A stretch of 64,000 bases of DNA from an uncultured Chloroflexia bacterium (GTDB lineage Bacteria; Chloroflexota; UBA6077; JACCZL01), in assembly GCA_963765765.1 (NCBI GenBank), contig CAVXYC010000015.1, positions 760,452 through 824,451 of the forward strand, given 5' to 3'. Shown piece after piece: positions 11,879-25,349 of the stretch. Within the stretch, counting starts at the first letter, position 1, and each line of letters opens with the position of its first letter. Below the pieces are notes generated by a model. The model worked only from the letters and a program-made list of their open reading frames with translations, was not told where the DNA came from and searched no databases. The position numbers were made by a program, and so were the translations under genes.

Positions 11879-12730
11879 CAGGCTGCGCGCCTCAGCCGCC
11901 GCGCGGCGCGGCGCGCGGTCCGGAAGAACCAGCGACGCGCAGCCCGCGCACTCGAACGGCTGCCAGCGCGCCGGCGGCTGCGCCAGGCGGTCGGCGACGG
12001 CGTACAGCGCCAGCGGGTTCATGCCCATGCCGACATGGCTGGCCGGCACCTCGATGTTCTCGGCGGTCGGCCGGGTTCGTTGAGACTGCAGCGCCAGGCG
12101 ACGATGCCGTCGGTGCGCGAATAGATCGAGGTCGTCGGCACCGGCGGCGGCCGTGCGCATGCGCCATCAGCCGCCTCATCGCCGACGCTCGCCGCTGAGG
12201 AACTCGTAGAGGCGCCAGGCATTGGTCGCCTTCGGGTGGCCGGGAAGGGCGTGCCGAGGGTCACGACGCAGCGCGTCTGCGCCGGGTGCAGCTTGGCCAT
12301 CTCGCGCGCATAGAGCCCGCCGAGGCTCCAGCCGATCAGGCTGACCGGTTGGCCATGGCGGTCGGCGCAGCGCTTTCACGTCGTCGGCGCAGCGCTCAGC
12401 ACGCCGCGCGCGGCCCGAAGTTGAAGCCCTGGCCCCAGGCTGCGGCGACGTAGCCGAGGCGGCGCAGGAAGCGGCGCAGCGGAACGTCGTCAGGTCGTTC
12501 GCGCCCATGCCCGGGAAGACCATCACCGGATGGCCGTCGCCGCGCGGCAGCGCGCCGCAACCACGGCATCGCCGCGAGCAGCGAGGCGAACTCGAGCGGC
12601 GCCCGGCCCTCGAGCAGCATGAGCAGAGGACTGGGCGCCGCGTGACGCGCACGCGGCGCTGCGGCGGGAGCGACGACGTGGTCTGTGGAGCGGTGGCAAT
12701 TCGCGGGCGTCGCGGCGGGGCTGCGGCCAT
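11878..12730 (-). CDS. Alpha/beta hydrolase (esterase/lipase-like), frameshifted
   Basis: GDGHPVMVFPGMGAND, SLIGWSLGGLYARE, VVTLGTPF, SIYSRTDGIVAW, SHVGMG. Confidence 0.8.
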
Positions 12731-12791
12731 GGTAGCGGCGGGCGTGCGACGCGAGCTCGCCCCCGGAGCGCGTTTCAGGACAGCGCCGCGA

Positions 12792-13669
12792 TCAGCCGCG
12801 CTGGCGCAGCGCCAGCGCCTCGTTGGCCGCGAGGGCGGCGATCACCAGCGGGCCGCCGCCGAGCACGTGCCGGCCGGCGCCTCGTTGCCGCCGAGCCAGG
12901 CCCAGGCCACGCCGAAGACGATCTCCAGCAGGGCGAGCAGCGCCGCCTCGGGCGCACTCAAGGACGCGCGCCGCGGCGACCGACAGCAGGCACGGGATCG
13001 CCAGCTGGCCGACGCCGAGCAGCGCCAGCAGGCCGATGTCGTGCGGCGAGCCGCGAACGGCAGCGCCAGCGGCAGGGTCAGCAGCGCCGACAGCAGCGCG
13101 CCGATGCAGCACCGCGGGCAGCAGGTCGCGCGCCGGCCGGGCCGCGCTGTGCTGGATCACCGACCAGTTGATCGCGGCGGCGACCGGAACGCCGAGCGCG
13201 ACCACGCTGCCGGCGACATGGCGCGGATCGCCGCGCCGACCTCGTTCGCGTACATCCAGGCAATGCCGATGCCGGCGACGGCGATCGCGACCCAGGTGCG
13301 GGTCGGCAGCCGATGGCCGAGCACGACGCGCGCGATCAGCGCCGTCAGCAGCGGCGCCAGCGCCATCGTCACCAGCACGTTGGCGACGCGGGTCAGGGTC
13401 AGCGCGACCATGAAGGCGGTGAACATCACGACCAGCACACGCCCGAGATCCAGAGCGTCGCGCCGCCGCTCGCGAGATCGACTGCCAGACGCGCGCGGAG
13501 CCGCGCAGCCAGCCGGCAGCAGCACGATCAGGGCGAGCGGCATTGAAGAAGCTGCGCCAGAAGGTGACCTCGAAGCTGCGCGCCGACTCGAGATGGCGCG
13601 TCACGACGCCGGCAATGCTCCAGAGCAGCGTCGCGACCAGCATCGTCAGCACGGCGAGCCGTGGCTCAT
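12792..13669 (-). CDS. DMT/EamA family transporter, frameshifted
   Basis: LLWSIAGVVTRHLESARSFEVTFWRS, TRVANVLV, GVGQLAIPC. Confidence 0.8.
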
Positions 13670-13709
13670 CGGCCGACTGGCGCGCCGGATGCGGCTCGTC
13701 GCGGATGCG

Positions 13710-15152
13710 CGCGTCGGCTCGTAGTCGCCGCCCGCGCTGCCCGGCGCGAGGTTGTCGAACTTGGTCAGCGGCTTCAGGAAGGTCAGCTTGACCGTGCCGG
13801 TCGGGCCGTTGCGCTGCTTGCCGATGATGATCTCGGCGACGCCCGGCTCCTTGCGGCGTCCTTGTTGTAGTACTCGTCGCGGTAGATGAACATGATGACG
13901 TCGGCGTCCTGCTCGATGGCGCCCGACTCGCGCAGGTCGCTCATCATCGGCCGCTTGTCGGTGCGCGATCTCGACGCTGCGGTTGAGCTGCGACAGCGCG
14001 ATCACCGGGCACTTGAGCTCCTTGGCCAGCGACTTGAGGCCGCGCGAGATCTCGCCGATCTCGGTGGCGCGGTTCTCGTCGCTGGTGCCGCCGCTGCCGC
14101 TCATCAGCTGCAGGTAGTCGACCACGATCAGGCCGAGCTGGCCGCACTGGCGCGCCTGGCGCCGCGCCCTGGCGCGCAGCTCGCTCGGCGTCAGCGCCGG
14201 GCTCTCGTCGATGAAGAGGCTGACCTTGCCGAGCTTCTCGATCGCCTCGGTCAGGCGCCCCCATTCGTCGTCGCTCAGCTCGCCGGTGCGCAGGTGCTGC
14301 TGGTCGATGCGGCCGAGCGAGCCGACCATCCGCAGCGCCAGCTGCGAGGCGCCCATTTCCATCGAGAACACGGCGACCGGCAGGCCTTCGCTGCACCGCG
14401 ACGTGCTCGGCGATGTTGAGCGCGAACGCGGTCTTGCCCATCGACGGGCGCGCCGCCAGCACGATCAGGTCGCCCGGCTGCAGGCCGGCGGTCATGCGGT
14501 CGAGGTCGTAGAAGCCGGTGCGCACGCCGGTGACGTCCTCGGCGCCGTTCTCGTGCAGCTCGTTGACGCGGTCGATCAGCTGCACGACGAGCTGGTCCAT
14601 GCTCTGGAAGCCCTGGCGCGTGCGCGAGCCTTCCTCGCCGATGTTGAAGATCTTGCCCTCGGCCTCGTCGAGGATCTGCGAGACCGGCCGGCCCTGCGGG
14701 TTGAAGGCGTTGGTGGCGATCTCGTCGCTCGCCGCGACCAGCTTGCGCAGCACCGCGCGCTCGCGCACGATCTCGGCATAGCGGCGGATGTTGGCCGCGC
14801 TCGGCACGCTCTGCGCCAGCGCATTCAGGTAGACCAGGCCGCCGCACTCGTCGGCCTTGCCGAGGCTCTGCAGCTGCTCGAAGACGGTGATCACGTCGGC
14901 CGGCTTGGTGCGCGTTGACCAGCGCCGCCGATCGCCGCGTAGATCAGCCGGTGCTCGTAGCGGTAGAAGTCGCTGTCGGTGAGCAGGTCGCCGGCGCGGT
15001 CCCAGGCGCTGTTGTCGAGCAGCAGGCCGCCGAGCACGCTCTGCTCGGCCTCGATCGAGTGCGGCGGGATCGCGCAGCTGCGCGACCTCGTCGTCGGCGC
15101 GGACGGCGATCGGGAGTTCGCGAGACGGTGAAGACGGCAGATCATTGGACAT
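13710..15152 (-). CDS. dnaB: Replicative DNA helicase DnaB, frameshifted
   Basis: [63 protein letters not shown]. Confidence 0.95.
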
Positions 15153-15189
15153 CGACAGATCATGATGTCGCGGCACGCTCGGCGACGCC

Positions 15190-15221
15190 TGTGGACAAGC
15201 CTGTGGACATCCGGTGGACGG
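15190..15221. promoter_or_regulatory. Three DnaA-box-like 9-mers upstream of dnaB
   Basis: TGTGGACAA (15190), TGTGGACAT (15202), GGTGGACGG (15213) versus consensus TGTGGATAA. Confidence 0.45.
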
Positions 15222-15247
15222 CACGGTGCAAATGCGCGGCCAGCAAT

Positions 15248-15275
15248 GAAAAGGGCCGGCAGAAGCCGGCCCTTC
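15248..15275 (-). terminator. Rho-independent terminator after rplI
   Basis: Minus strand GAAGGGCCGGC-TTCT-GCCGGCCCTTTTC. Confidence 0.75.
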
Positions 15276-15297
15276 GAGCGTCACGCGTGATCGCGGC

Positions 15298-15751
15298 TCA
15301 GGTCGATTTCGCCGAGCACGACCACCTTGACGTCGACGACCACGTCGGTGTGCGGCGACGACCGTCACGGTGTGCTCGCCGACGGTCTTCATCGGGCCGT
15401 TGGGCATGCGCACCTGCGCCTTCGCGACCTTGAAGCGATGCTGTTCAGCGCATCGGCGATGTCGGCGTTGGTGACCGAGCCGAACAGGCGGCCGTCGACG
15501 CCGGCCTTCTGCGTGATGTGCACCGTGCTGCCGTTCAGCTTCTCGCCCAGCGCCTGCGCCGCTGCCAGCTTGGCGGCGGCGGCCTTCTCGAGCTCGGCGC
15601 GCTTGGCTTCGAACTCCTTGATCGCCGCCTCGGTGGCGCGGCGCGCGGCGCGGGTCGGGATCAGGAAGTTGCGGGCGTAGCCGTCCTTGACCTTGACGAC
15701 GTCGCCGAGGTTGCCGAGGTTGGCGACCTTTTCCAGCAGGATGACTTGCAT
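15298..15751 (-). CDS. rplI: 50S ribosomal protein L9, frameshifted
   Basis: [32 protein letters not shown]...GRLFGSV. Confidence 0.95.
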
Positions 15752-15762
15752 GGCGTGGCTCC

Positions 15763-16053
15763 TCAGATCTGGTGCTGGTCGCTGTACGGCAGCATCGCCA
15801 GGAAGCGCGCGCGCTTGATGGAGGTGGTCAGCTGGCGCTGGAAGAACGCGCGCGTGCCGGTCAGGCGGGCCGGCGTGATCTTGCCGTTCTCGCCGATGAA
15901 ATCGCGCAGCGTGTCGACGTCCTTGTAGTCGATTTCCTTGACGCCGGTGACGGTGAAGCGGCAGAAGCGCTTGCGCCGGAACAGCAGCGACTGGGTGTTG
16001 CGCTTGGGCTTGCGGTCCTTGTTGAACCGGCCTTTACCACGTGGCGGGGGCAT
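15763..16053 (-). CDS. rpsR: 30S ribosomal protein S18
   Basis: FRRKRFCRF...[26 protein letters not shown]...[12 protein letters not shown]; intact. Confidence 0.95.
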   Translation of the reverse strand: MPPPRGKGRFNKDRKPKRNTQSLLFRRKRFCRFTVTGVKEIDYKDVDTLRDFIGENGKITPARLTGTRAFFQRQLTTSIKRARFLAMLPYSDQHQI

Positions 16054-16117
16054 GTTGCACCTCTCTTGAATGCGATCCGGATCGGGATGCGGATTTCGAA
16101 CAAACAGCGAGTCGAGG

Positions 16118-16401
16118 TCAGTCGAGCTCGGTGACATGGAAGACGATGCCGCGACCGTTGCGCTGCGAACCGAGGAAGCCGGCGAAGCCGTGGCTGCTTC
16201 CGAGCTCCGCCTGCGCCAGCCGCTGCGGTGATCACCCCGAGGGCCCGCGCCTTGATCTCGACCGAGACCTGGCGGGGCTGGCCTTCCTGCGTGACCTCGC
16301 GATTCGTGCTTGAGGCTCAAATCGAGGGCCGGAAGGCCGGCCGGGGTGTACCGCAAGGCGCCTCGCTCGACCAGCTGCGCCTGCAGAACCAGCCGGTTCA
16401 T
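16118..16401 (-). CDS. priB: Primosomal replication protein PriB, frameshifted
   Basis: [27 protein letters not shown]...; position between rpsF and rpsR. Confidence 0.9.
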
Positions 16402-16439
16402 CGGCGCGCCGGCGAGCCGACTGCGCATCGGCGCGTACG

Positions 16440-16807
16440 TCAGGCCGCGGCCTCCTGCTTGCTGCGGCGCCTTGCGGGCTTCTTCGCGCTCGACCGTCTT
16501 CATCATCACCGACGGCGGTCTCGGCCTTGCTCTTCTGCACCGTCAGGTGGCGCAGCACGGCGTCGTTGAAGCGGAAGCCGGTCTCGAGCTCGGCCAGCAC
16601 CTCGGTGCTGCACTCGATGTTGATGCACAGGTAGTGGGCCTTGGCGAGCTTCTGGATCAGGTAGGCCATCTGGCGACGACCCCAGTCCTCGACCCGGTGC
16701 ACCTTGCCGCCGCCGGCGGTGATCATGCCCTTGTAGCGTTCCAGCATGGCCGGAACCTGTTCGCTCTGATCCGGATGGATCAGCAGCACGATTTCATAAT
16801 GACGCAT
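16440..16807 (-). CDS. rpsF: 30S ribosomal protein S6, frameshifted near the 3' end
   Basis: [18 protein letters not shown]...[10 protein letters not shown]...[11 protein letters not shown]. Confidence 0.95.
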
Positions 16808-16912
16808 GGACTCTCCTTGTGGGTTCCGTCGCGGCCGCCGGAATCGGTCGCCATCGAACGAGGAAGCCGCCTCCAGCGTCCAGCGGAGGCGGCAAGGTAA
16901 CCCGGCATTATA
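16808..16912 (-). promoter_or_regulatory. rpsF promoter (-10 TATAAT) and structured 5' leader
   Basis: Minus-strand TATAAT at 16907-16912; hairpin GCCGCCTCC...GGAGGCGGC at 16866-16893. Confidence 0.55.
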
Positions 16913-16933
16913 GCCCGGGTCGACTCTCGGTCG

Positions 16934-19539
<2,606 letters not shown>

Positions 19540-19565
19540 GGGGAAATCCTCCGATTGCGAAGCGA

Positions 19566-19593
19566 ACATGGGCGTCCGACCGCCGTTTTCAAG
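19566..19593 (-). promoter_or_regulatory. Sigma32 (RpoH)-type heat-shock promoter of clpB
   Basis: Minus strand CTTGAAA-N13-GCCCATGT versus consensus CTTGAAA-N13/14-CCCCATNT. Confidence 0.7.
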
Positions 19594-19615
19594 TCGGCCG
19601 GACGCGGCGCCGGTC

Positions 19616-19629
19616 TTGATCCAGATCAG
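19616..19629. promoter_or_regulatory. FNR/CRP-family box-like site
   Basis: TTGAT-CCAG-ATCAG, one mismatch to TTGAT-N4-ATCAA. Confidence 0.4.
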
Positions 19630-19659
19630 CAAGTTGCATGCGAGTCGCGGCGTGCCGAC

Positions 19660-20030
19660 TCAGCCGAGCGCGGCACGAGCACGAAACCGAGCGCACGCCA
19701 GGGCACCGCCGACGTGCGCCAGCGTGTGGCCGGCCGCCGAGCCCCATGCCCGCGCTGCAGCAGGATCAGCGACTCGACCGAATACGCCGAGAACGTCGTC
19801 AGGCCGCCGAGGAAGCCGGTGACGACGAGCAGGCGCATCAGCTCGTCGGGCTGCGCATCGAACCGACCAGCGCGATGCCGATCAGCAAGCCGCCGACGCA
19901 GTTGACCAGCAGCGTGCCGAGCGGAAAGCCGTGCCATGCGGCGTTCAGCCACAGGCCGGCGAGCCAGCGCACAGGCGCCGACAGCGGCACCGGCGCTGAC
20001 CGCAGGACCTGCGCCCAGCGTCGGCGTCAA
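19660..20030 (-). CDS. crcB: Fluoride efflux channel CrcB/Fluc, frameshifted
   Basis: FPLGTLLVNCVGGLLIG, LLVVTGFLGGLTTFSAYS. Confidence 0.85.
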
Positions 20031-20043
20031 GCGGCGGCCCTGC

Positions 20044-20532
20044 TCAGCCGGCGTTGCCGCCGGCGATGCCCCAGCGCGCCAGCGCCGCGTCGTCGCCGCG
20101 CGGGCATCGACCCAGCGCGCGCCGTCGGGCGTGTGCTCCTTCTTCCAGAACGGCGCCTGCGTCTTCAGGTAGTCCATCAGGAACTCGCAGGCCTGGAAGG
20201 CCTTGCCGCGGTGCGCGGAGGTGACGGCCACCATCACGATCTGGTCCAGCGGCTGCAGCAGGCCGACGCGATGGATCACGCGCGCGCCGCAGATGTCGAA
20301 GCGGCGCTGCGCCTCGTCGATCATGGCCTCGATGGCCTTCTCGGTCATGCCGGGGTAGTGCTCGAGCTCCATGCTGACGCACGGGCGCCCTGGCGCCGTC
20401 GTTGCGCGTCGCGCACCGTGCCGACGAAACTGCACACCGCGCCGACGCGCTGTGTCGCTGCTCGCGCAGCGCCGCGATCTCGTCGGCGAGGTCGAAGTCG
20501 CTCGGCCTGGATGGAAACGCGCGGCGCGTCAT
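20044..20532 (-). CDS. moaE: Molybdopterin synthase catalytic subunit, frameshifted
   Basis: ELEHYPGMTEK, VIHRVG, SAHRGKAFQACEFLMDYLKTQAPFWKKE. Confidence 0.9.
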   Translation of the reverse strand: MTRRAFPSRPSDFDLADEIAALREQRHSASARCAVSSARCATRNDGARAPVRQHGARALPRHDREGHRGHDRRGAAPLRHLRRARDPSRRPAAAAGPDRDGGRHLRAPRQGLPGLRVPDGLPEDAGAVLEEGAHARRRALGRCPRGDDAALARWGIAGGNAG

Positions 20533-20536
20533 CGTC

Positions 20537-20792
20537 TCAGCCTCCGGTCACCGGCGGAAAGAACGCCACTTCGCAGCCTTCGCTCAGCGGCGCGGCCTCG
20601 TCGCTCATCACCTGGTTCAGCGCCATGCGCACCGCCTTGCCGCGCGCCAGCGCCTGGCGCATAGGCGCCGCCGCGCGCGATCAGCTCGTCGCGCAGGCCG
20701 CGCCAGCGTGGCGCGCCGAGGTGTCGACGCGCTTCGCCGCCCTGCCCCAGGGCCTCGCGGATCGACGCGAAGTACGGACGGTGACGCTTCAT
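20537..20792 (-). CDS. moaD: Molybdopterin synthase sulfur carrier subunit, frameshifted
   Basis: YFASIREALG...EVAFFPPVTGG C-terminal di-glycine. Confidence 0.9.
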
Positions 20793-22041
20793 GACAGCAG
20801 CTCCGCGAACGGAAGGAAGCGCACGGTGTCGCCGCGCGCGATGGTCTGGCCCGGCGGGGTTGTCGACCAGGCCGTCGCCCCAGACGGCCGAGGTCAGCAC
20901 GCCCGAGCTCTGGTTGGGGAACAGGTCCAGCCCGCCCTGCGGCGTTGCGGCGCACGCGCAGGAACTCGCGGCGCTTGTCGGCGCGCGGCCAGTCGAAATG
21001 CGGCGGGCAGCGGCACCGGCTCGGGCGCGAGCTGCGTCGGCGCCCTGCAGCTTCAGCAGGAACGGCCGCACCAGCAGCAGGAAGGTGACGAAGCTGGACA
21101 CCGGATTGCCGGGCAGGCCCGATGAAGTGCGCGTCGCGCCGACCCTGCCGTAGGCGAACGGCTTGCCGGGCTTGATCGCGATCTGCCACAGGTCGAGCGA
21201 GCCCAGCGGCTGCACGGCCGGCTTGATGTGGTCTTCCTCGCCGACCGACACGCCGCCGCTGGTGAGGATCAGGTCGTTGCCTGCGGCCGCGCGCGCGCAG
21301 CGCCTGCGCGGTGGCGTCGCAGCCGGTCCGGCACGATGCCGAGGTCGCTGCACCTCGCAGCCCAGGCGCCTCGAGCAGCGCCGCGCAGGAAGAAGCGGTT
21401 GGAGTTGTAGATCGCGCCCGGCTTCATCTGCGCAGGCGGCACCTCGCCGGGCATCACCAGCTCGTCGCCGGTGGAGAACAGCGCCACCCGCGGGCGGCGC
21501 GCGACCTGCAGCTGGTCGCAGGCCGATGCTGGCCGCCAGGCCGAGCGCCGGCGGGCGTCAGCCGCTCGCCCGCGCGCCAGCACCACGGCGCCGCGCTGCA
21601 CGTCCTCGCCGCTGCGGCGGATCCACTGGCCCGGCGCGGGCACGGCGCAGGATGCGCACGCTGCCGTCGCCGGCGGCTTCGCGTGTCTTCCTGCATCACG
21701 ACCGCGTCGGCGCCGGCGGGAATGGGCGCGCCGGTGAAGATGCGCGCCGCGCGTGCCGGGCGCCAGCGGCTGCGGCGGCCGCGCCGGCCGGAATGCGCTG
21801 GCTGACCGGCAGCGGCACGCCCTCGTCGGCGATCTCGCCGCTGCGCACCGCATAGCCGTCCATCGACGCTGTTGTCCTGCGGCGGCACCTGCAGCGCGGA
21901 CACCAGGTCCTGCGGCCAGCACGCGGCCGTCGCGCGTCGAAGGTCGGAGACCGTTTCGGTGCCGGCCAGCGGCTGCGCATGCGCCAGCAGCTCGGCCAGC
22001 GCCTCGTCCAGCGGCCGCAGCGGCGGGCGCGCAGCGTTCAT
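20789..22041 (-). CDS. moeA: Molybdopterin molybdotransferase MoeA (copy 1), frameshifted
   Basis: VPPQDNS.MDGYAV, RIFTGAP, FSTGDEL, TSGGVSVGEEDH, KPGKP, LPGNPVS. Confidence 0.9.
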
Positions 22042-22571
22042 GAATACATCTCCGGGTGGTACTCGAAGCGGTCGCCGATTGTCGAGCAGCCACTGCGCGA
22101 CCGCGTCCGGATCGTTCAGATCCAGCACCGGCGCGCAGGGTGGCCTGGGCAGCTGCGCCGGCGAGTCGGTGGCGATCGCCACGATGAAATCGTCGTCGGG
22201 ATAGAGCGCCGGCTTGCCCGACGTCGGCGCGCCAGACCTCGATCTTCAGCAGATTGCTGTCCTTGAAGCCCTCGACCAGCACCCAGTCGACGCCGTCGTA
22301 GAGCTCGGCGAGCAGCTGGTGCACCGTCAGCTGCGCGGGCTGCTCGAACTCGCGGATCAGCGCCAGGCGCCGGTCGGACGCGACGACCACCTCGAAGGCG
22401 CCGGCCTCGCGGTGCCGGTACGTGTCCTTGCCCGGATGGTCGATGTCGAATCGTGGTGCGCGTGCTTGACGACCGAGACGCGCAGGCCGCGCAGCTTGAG
22501 CGCGGGGATCAGCGCTCGACCAGCGTGGTCTTGCCCGAGCCGGAGAAACCGGCGAAGCCGACGACTTTCAT
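22038..22571 (-). CDS. mobB: Molybdopterin-guanine dinucleotide biosynthesis protein B, frameshifted
   Basis: MKVVGFAGFSGSGKTTL, VVKHAHH, GKDTYRHR, LVEGFK. Confidence 0.9.
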
Positions 22572-22574
22572 GCG

Positions 22575-24011
22575 TCAGCCGCAATGCGCCGGCGATGAAG
22601 GCCTTGACCGCGCTGCGCGTCGGCCGGCAGCACGGTGACGCGCTTGGGCAGGTCCTCGATGCCCTGCGAACTGCGCCGGCCGGTCGGGCTCGCGGCCCAG
22701 CGCCTCGACGATGGTCGCGGCGAACTTGATCGGCAGCGCCGTCTCCAGCACGATCATCGGCACGCCGGGCTGCAGGTGCTCGCGCGCCACCTTCAGGCCG
22801 TCGGCGGTGTGGGTGTCGATCATCGATGCCGAAGCGCTCGTGGGTGTCGCGGATGGTCGCCAGGCGGTCGGCGTGCGTGCTCTTGCCGCTGACGAAGCCG
22901 TAGCGCTGCGCGGCCTGCTCGAACGCCGGGTCGGCGCTCAGGTCGAAGCGGCCGTTCGCGCGACAGCTCGCTCGCCGAACAGGTCGCTGCACGCGCGCGC
23001 GCGTCGCGGCCCGAGCAGGTCGAACACGAAGCGCTCGAAGTTGCTGGCCTTGCAGATGTCCATCGACGGGCTGGAGGTCTCGTGCGTGTCGGCGCTGCCG
23101 CGCACGCGGTAGATGCCGGTGCGGAAGAACTCGTCGAGCACGTCGTTCTCGTTGGTCGCCAGCACCAGCTGCTCGATCGGCAGGCCCATCATGCGCGCCA
23201 CGTGGCCGGCGCAGATGTTGCCGAAGTTGCCCGAGGGCACGGCGAAGCTCGACCTGTCTGCGTCGTTGCGCGCCGCGTGGCCTGGAAGTAGCCGGCGAAG
23301 TAGTAGACGACCTGCGCCACCAGCCGCGCCCAGTTGATCGAGTTGACGGTGCCGATGCGGTACTTGCGCTTGAACTCCAGGTCGTTGGACACCGCCTTGA
23401 CGATGTCCTGGCAGTCGTCGAACACGCCCTCGATCGCGAGGTTGTGGATGTTGGCGTCCTGCAGGCTGAACATCTGCGCCTGCTGGAACGGGCTCATGCG
23501 GCCGTGCGGCGAGGTCATGAAGACGCGCACGCCCTTCTTGCCGCGCATCGCGTATTCGGCCGCGCTGCCGGTGTCGCCCGAGGTCGCGCCCAGGATGTTC
23601 AGCTCTTCGCCGCGGCGCGCCAGTTCGTACTCGAACAGGTTGCCCAGCAGCTGCATCGCCATGTCCTTGAAGGCCAGCGTCGGGCCGTTGGACAGGCGCT
23701 TCGAGGTAGACGCCGTCTTCCAGCTGCTTCAGCGGCACGATCTGCGTGCGTGCCGAACACGTCCTCGGTGTAGGTCTTGCGGCAGATCGCGCTGCAGGTC
23801 GGCGGCCGGGATGTCGTCGATGTAGAGCGACAGGATCTCGAACGCGAGCTCCGCGTACGGCAGGCCGCGCCAGCGTGGCGAGCGTGGCGGCGTCGACCTG
23901 CGGATAGCGCTCGGGCAGGTACAGGCCGCCGTCGGGCGCCAGGCCTTCGAGCAGGATCTCGCAGAAGCTGCTTGCGGTCCGGCATGGCCGCGCGTGCGAG
24001 AGGTACAGCAT
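22575..24011 (-). CDS. thrC: Threonine synthase, frameshifted
   Basis: GLAPDGGLYLP, GPTLAFKD, GATSGDTGSA, NSINWARL, VPSGNFGN, IDTHTADG. Confidence 0.95.
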
Positions 24012-25341
24012 CAGGCGCAGTTCTTCCTTGCGGATGCGGATGATCGGCGCCAGCACCGTCGGCAGCGCCTGCATCTGCGCGATCACTTCGTTCATGCGTG
24101 CCTTCGCGCACGGTCGTGCGTCAGGATGATCAGGTCGGTCTGCGGTCGCGCCTTCCGCCGGCTGCTGGCTCGCGCTGCAGCATGCGCGTCGATGCTGATG
24201 CCGGCGTCGGCCAGCAGGCCGGTGACCTTGCGCCAGCACGCCGGCCTGGTCGGCCACCCGCAGGCGCAGGTAGTAGCTGGTGACGACCTCGCTCATCGGC
24301 AGGATCGGCGTGTCGCTCATCGCGTCGGGCTGGAACGCCAGGTGCGGCACGCGGTGCGCGGCATCGGCCGTGTGCAGGCGCGTGATGTCGACCAGGTCGG
24401 CGATCACGGCGCTGGCCGTCGGCTCGCTGCCCGCGCCCTTGCCGTAGTACAGCGTGGTGCCGACGGCGTCGCCCTGCACCATCACCGCGTTCATCGCGCC
24501 TTCGACATTGGCGATCAGGCGCTTGGCCGGCACCAGCGTCGGGTGCACGCGCAGCTCGATGCCCTTGCGCGCGTGCGCTTGGTGATGCCCAGCAGCTTGA
24601 TGCGGTAGCCCAGCTGCTCGGCGTAGCGGATGTCCTGCGCGCCGCAGCTTGGTGATGCCCTCGACGTAGGCCTTGTCGAACTGCACCGGGATGCCGAACG
24701 CGATGGCGCTCATGATCGTCGCCTTGTGCGCGGCGTCGACGCCTTCGATGTCGAAGGTCGGGTCGGCCTCGGCATAGCCCAGGCGCTGCGCCTCCTTCAG
24801 CGCCACGTCGAAGTCCAGCCCCTTGTCGCGCATCTCCGACAGGATGAAGTTGGTGGTGCCGTTGATGATGCCGGCGATCCACTCGATGCGGTTGGCGGTG
24901 AGGCCTTCGCGCAGCGCCTTGATGATCGGGATGCCGCCGGCCACCGCCGCCTCGAAGGCGACCATCACGCCGCGCGCGTGCGCCGCCGCGAAGATCTCGG
25001 TGCCGTGCACGCGCCAGCAGCGCCTTGTTGGCGGTGACCACGTGCTTGCCGGCCTCGATGGCCTCCATCACCAGCTGCCGGGCGATGCCGTAGCCGCCGA
25101 TCAGCTCGACGACGATGTCGATCGTCGGGGTTGGCGATGACCGCGCGCGCGTCGTCGACGACCTCGCGCCGTGTCGCCGACGATCGGCTTGCGCGCGCGC
25201 GGTGTCGAGGTCGGCCACCATCGTGATCTCGATGCCGCGGCCGGCGCGGCGCTGGATCTCTTCCTGGTTGCGCTGCAGGACGTTGAAGATGCCGCTGCCG
25301 ACGGTGCCGATGCCCAGCAGGCCGACTTGGATGGGTTTCAT
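24011..25341 (-). CDS. hom: Homoserine dehydrogenase, frameshifted
   Basis: GLLGIGTVG, VVTANKALL, FEAAVAGGIP, GIINGTTNFIL, GYAEADPTFD. Confidence 0.95.
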
Positions 25342-25349
25342 GACGGCTG

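Noticed and set aside
15763-16509. Apparent RpsF-PriB-RpsR fusion ORF
   Set aside because: Each gene has its own start and stop once indels are corrected.
20030-20045. Fluoride riboswitch upstream of crcB
   Set aside because: crcB begins ~13 nt after moaE, leaving no room, and no recognisable motif is present.
22938-25010. Apparent Hom-ThrC fusion (690 aa)
   Set aside because: A TGA/ATG overlap at 24009-24013 shows two coupled genes; the fusion comes from frameshift errors.
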